Source: Macrostomum lignano
Taxonomy: Eukaryota
DNA: 64,000 nt
Direction of reading: 5' to 3'
Assembly (NCBI GenBank): GCA_002269645.1
Contig: NIVC01000154.1
Coordinates: forward strand, 44,319 to 108,318
The position numbers and the translations under genes were made by a program. A model generated the notes under the pieces. That model saw nothing but the letters and a program-made list of their open reading frames with translations, was not told the origin of the DNA and made no database searches. Positions 61,101 to 64,000 of this stretch are shown piece by piece. The first letter of the stretch is position 1. Every line of letters starts with the position of its first letter.

Positions 61101-63035
61101 TTATTTAATATTAATTTGTCTGAGAGCAGCTTCCAAAGCTTCCTGGTTGCCAGAGAAATAGGCGGACACGGCGGATTGGAACAGACGCAACTGCTTCTGC
61201 ATCACTCGGATCTGAAATTTTGTGGCTGAGTAAATTAAATAAGTGAAGCCGTGTGAGTAACTATAATTAACCGTCTTTTTAACTCGAAACTTTTCATAGC
61301 CACAAATTTAGTAATGGTTTTATTAACTACTCTACTTACAGTAGAAATATAGACAAAATACTTAAAATAATAATATAAACAATGCTAACGCGTTATTGAC
61401 TCGACTAGGGGTTGCAGCCCAGTGGTGAGAGCGTCGGACTCACGACTTGAGGGTCGGGGGTTCGATTTTCCGCCCACTCGGAACAATTTGTATCTTTGAG
61501 CAAGCCACTCAACTATACATTGCTTCAGTTTACCCATCTGTAAAATGGGTGCCAGCATTAGCTGAGGTAATTGAGGGTTTGTTGGCGACCCCCCCATTCC
61601 TTGGACTGAACAGCCTCAAGCAGCCCTCAGATGCGCCGCGCAATAGCTGCGGCTGAGCTGTCGGTTGCACATCTGCCCATTAGGGCAGGTGTAATCAGTT
61701 ATTATTATTATTATTATTAGTCAATAATAGTAATACCGAAGGCGTCCATGGAAGTTTAATATTCGGTTTTCGACACCAAAAATCCCAACTCAAACCTTGT
61801 TCTCATCCAGGAACTGCACTTTAATTCGAACGTCATGCCGTAATTGTTCGAATTTCTGCTGCCGAATTTCGTATTGCCGTTTGAGCTCCTCGGCTTTTGC
61901 AACTTCCGCGCCTGTCCGGCCGTGGCTGGGCCTCACGGACAGGGCGTCCAGGTCGCCGCGGTGGGCGTCGAACTCCACTCTGCCAGGTGGTGGAATGGTG
62001 GGGAGCAGGGTGGTTTTGAACTTTTTTACACAACCTAGGGGTTTTCCCAGACCTCGCCTTCAGGTTCCAAGTTTTGGGCTGGTGCTACAACCTTGCTACA
62101 ACCTAATTCTGCATCCTAATCCTACAGAATGGTTCCACATCCTGCTCATGCCATCATCTTGGTTCCACATGCTGGTTCCACATCCTGGTCATGCCTACAC
62201 CCTGGTTCCACATCCTGGGCATGCCTACACCCTGGTTCCACATCCTGGGCATGCCTACACCCTGGTTCCACATCCTGGGCATGCCTACACCCTGGTTCCA
62301 CATCCTGGGCATGCCTACACCCTGGTTCCACATCCTGGGCATGCCTACACCCTGGTTCCACATCCTGGGCATGCCTACACCCTGGTTCCACATCCTGAGC
62401 ATGCCTACACCCTGGTTCCACATCCTGGTCATGCCTACACCCTGGTTCCACATCCTGGTCATGCCTACACCTGGTTCCACATCCTGGTCATGCCTACACC
62501 CTGGTTCCACATCCTGGTTCCACATCCTGGTCATGCCTACACCCTGGTTCCACATCCTGGGCATGCCATCATCCTGGTTCCACATCCTGGGCATGCCATC
62601 ATCCTGGTTCCACATCCTGGGCATGCCATCATCCTGGTTCCACATCCTGAGCATGCCATCATCCTGGTCCCACATCCTGAGCATGCCATCATCCTGGTTC
62701 CATATTCTCGTTCCACAACCTGATTCTACTGCATACTCAGGTTTTACATTATTTTAAAATATATTATTCTTACATCCGGGACATGATTAGCGCCAATCTC
62801 ACCTGGCAAACTCGTAGGCGCTGACGGTGCGCAGCGCATCCTCGAAGGTTCTGTTAACCAGAGTCGACAGGGCCGTGCAAAACGCCTGCAACGCCACCAG
62901 CAGTTGCTCGCCGCTGCGCTGCAATGCCCGCTGACTGTCGGCGCTCTGCTGAAAGTCGGTGGCGAGCGCCGGGGGCTCCTGGCGGGCCAAGTCAAGAAAT
63001 GCATCGGCGAGGACTCGCTGGGTGTCGCACATGGC
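61101..63035 (-). CDS. ARFIP2: Arfaptin (AH/BAR domain), last three coding exons; complement(62803..63035, 61796..61979, 61101..61211); 5' exons not located (probably beyond the window)
   Basis: TQRVLADAF...[31 protein letters not shown]...[42 protein letters not shown] matches the arfaptin AH domain; junction phases are consistent. ARFIP1 versus ARFIP2 orthology cannot be resolved here. Confidence 0.92.
61408..61719 (+). mobile_element. tRNA-derived CORE-type SINE (copy 3) with (ATT)n tail, in an arfaptin intron
   Basis: Aligns to copy 1; ends GGGCAGGTGTAATCAG(TTA)n. Confidence 0.85.
62125..62700. repeat. 30-bp minisatellite (GGTTCCACATCCTGGGCATGCCTACACCCT)n, arfaptin intron
   Basis: Tandem periodicity. 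Confidence 0.94.
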
Positions 63036-63064
63036 CTGGAGAGGAGCGGATGGCGTTAGTTAAC

Positions 63065-63890
63065 AGTTTCCAGTGTTGGTGACTAAGGGTGAGACTTGGG
63101 GTGAGACTTGGTGTGACTAAGGGTGAGACTTGGGGTGACTAAGGGTGAGACTTGGGGTGACTAAGGTTTTGATTTGGGTTGACTAAGGGTGAGATTTGGG
63201 ATAACTAAGGTTTTGATTTGGGTTGACTAAGGGTGAGATTTGGGATAGCTAAGGCTGAGATGATGACTAAGGGTGAGATTTGGGATAACTAAGGGTGAGA
63301 TTTGGGATAACTAAGGGTGAGATTTGGGATAACTAAGGGTGAGATTTGGGATGACTAAGGGTAAGATTTAGGATGACTAAGGGTGAGATTTAGGATAACT
63401 AAGGGTGAGATTTGGGATAACTAAGGGTGAGATTTGGGATAATTAAGGGTGAGACTTGGGATGACTAAGGGTGAGACTTGGGGTGACTAAGGTTTGATTT
63501 GGGTTGACTAAGGGTGAGATTTAGGGTGACTGAGGGTAAGATTTGGGATAACTAAGGGTGAGATTTGGGATGACTAAGGGTGAGATTTGGGATAACTAAG
63601 GGTGAGATTTGGGGGTGAGATTTAGGATGACTAAGGGCGAGACTTGGGATGACTAAGGGTGAGACTTGGGGTGACCAAGGGTGAGACTTGGGATGACTAA
63701 GGGTGAGACTTTGGGGTGACTAAGGGTTTGATTTGGGTTGACTAAGGGTGAGATTTAGGGTGACTGAGGGTAAGATTTGGGATGACTAAGGGTGAGATTT
63801 GGGATATAAGGGTGAGACTAAGGGTGAGATTTGGGTGAGTAAGGGTGAGATTTTGCATCAATAAGGGTGAGATTTCAGGTGACTATAAGG
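63065..63890. repeat. About 22-bp minisatellite (ATAACTAAGGGTGAGATTTGGG)n, arfaptin intron
   Basis: Tandem periodicity with variants. Confidence 0.92.
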
Positions 63891-64000
63891 ATGGAATTTA
63901 CGATAATGAAAAGGTGTACATATTTGGTCCATAACACTAAACCTGAACAGGTAAGAAGAGCAAGACTGGAGTGAGTTGGCAATAAGCCAGCAGCAATACC

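Overview
Eukaryotic, intron-rich animal genomic DNA. The minisatellite-filled introns, GC-rich exons and a flatworm-type myomodulin precursor suggest a free-living flatworm such as Macrostomum (inference). By hand I assembled spliced genes with GT-AG junctions and consistent phases. On the minus strand these are coatomer zeta (COPZ), an 8-exon MAU2/Scc4 cohesin loader and the last three coding exons of arfaptin. On the plus strand they are a 12-copy AMRLMRLamide neuropeptide precursor exon, a 4-exon 197-aa short-chain bacterial-type L-asparaginase and an 11-exon C21orf58/DUF4587-like gene. There is also a possible 2-exon 89-aa orphan gene. Mobile DNA includes a 5'-truncated, doubly inactivated non-LTR retrotransposon, three tRNA-derived CORE-type SINEs, three non-autonomous TIR elements with 8-bp TSDs, a foldback element and a small Polinton/Maverick-type polB relic. 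About 30 distinct tandem-repeat arrays account for most long ORFs in the supplied track; those ORFs are artefacts. The most interesting items are the intron-bearing short asparaginase (HGT candidate, catalytic Lys to Arg), an ATC at the expected COPZ start codon, a 21-nt COPZ microexon, and evidence that intronic minisatellites arise within transposon sequences. No database searches were run; all family assignments come from recalled motifs.
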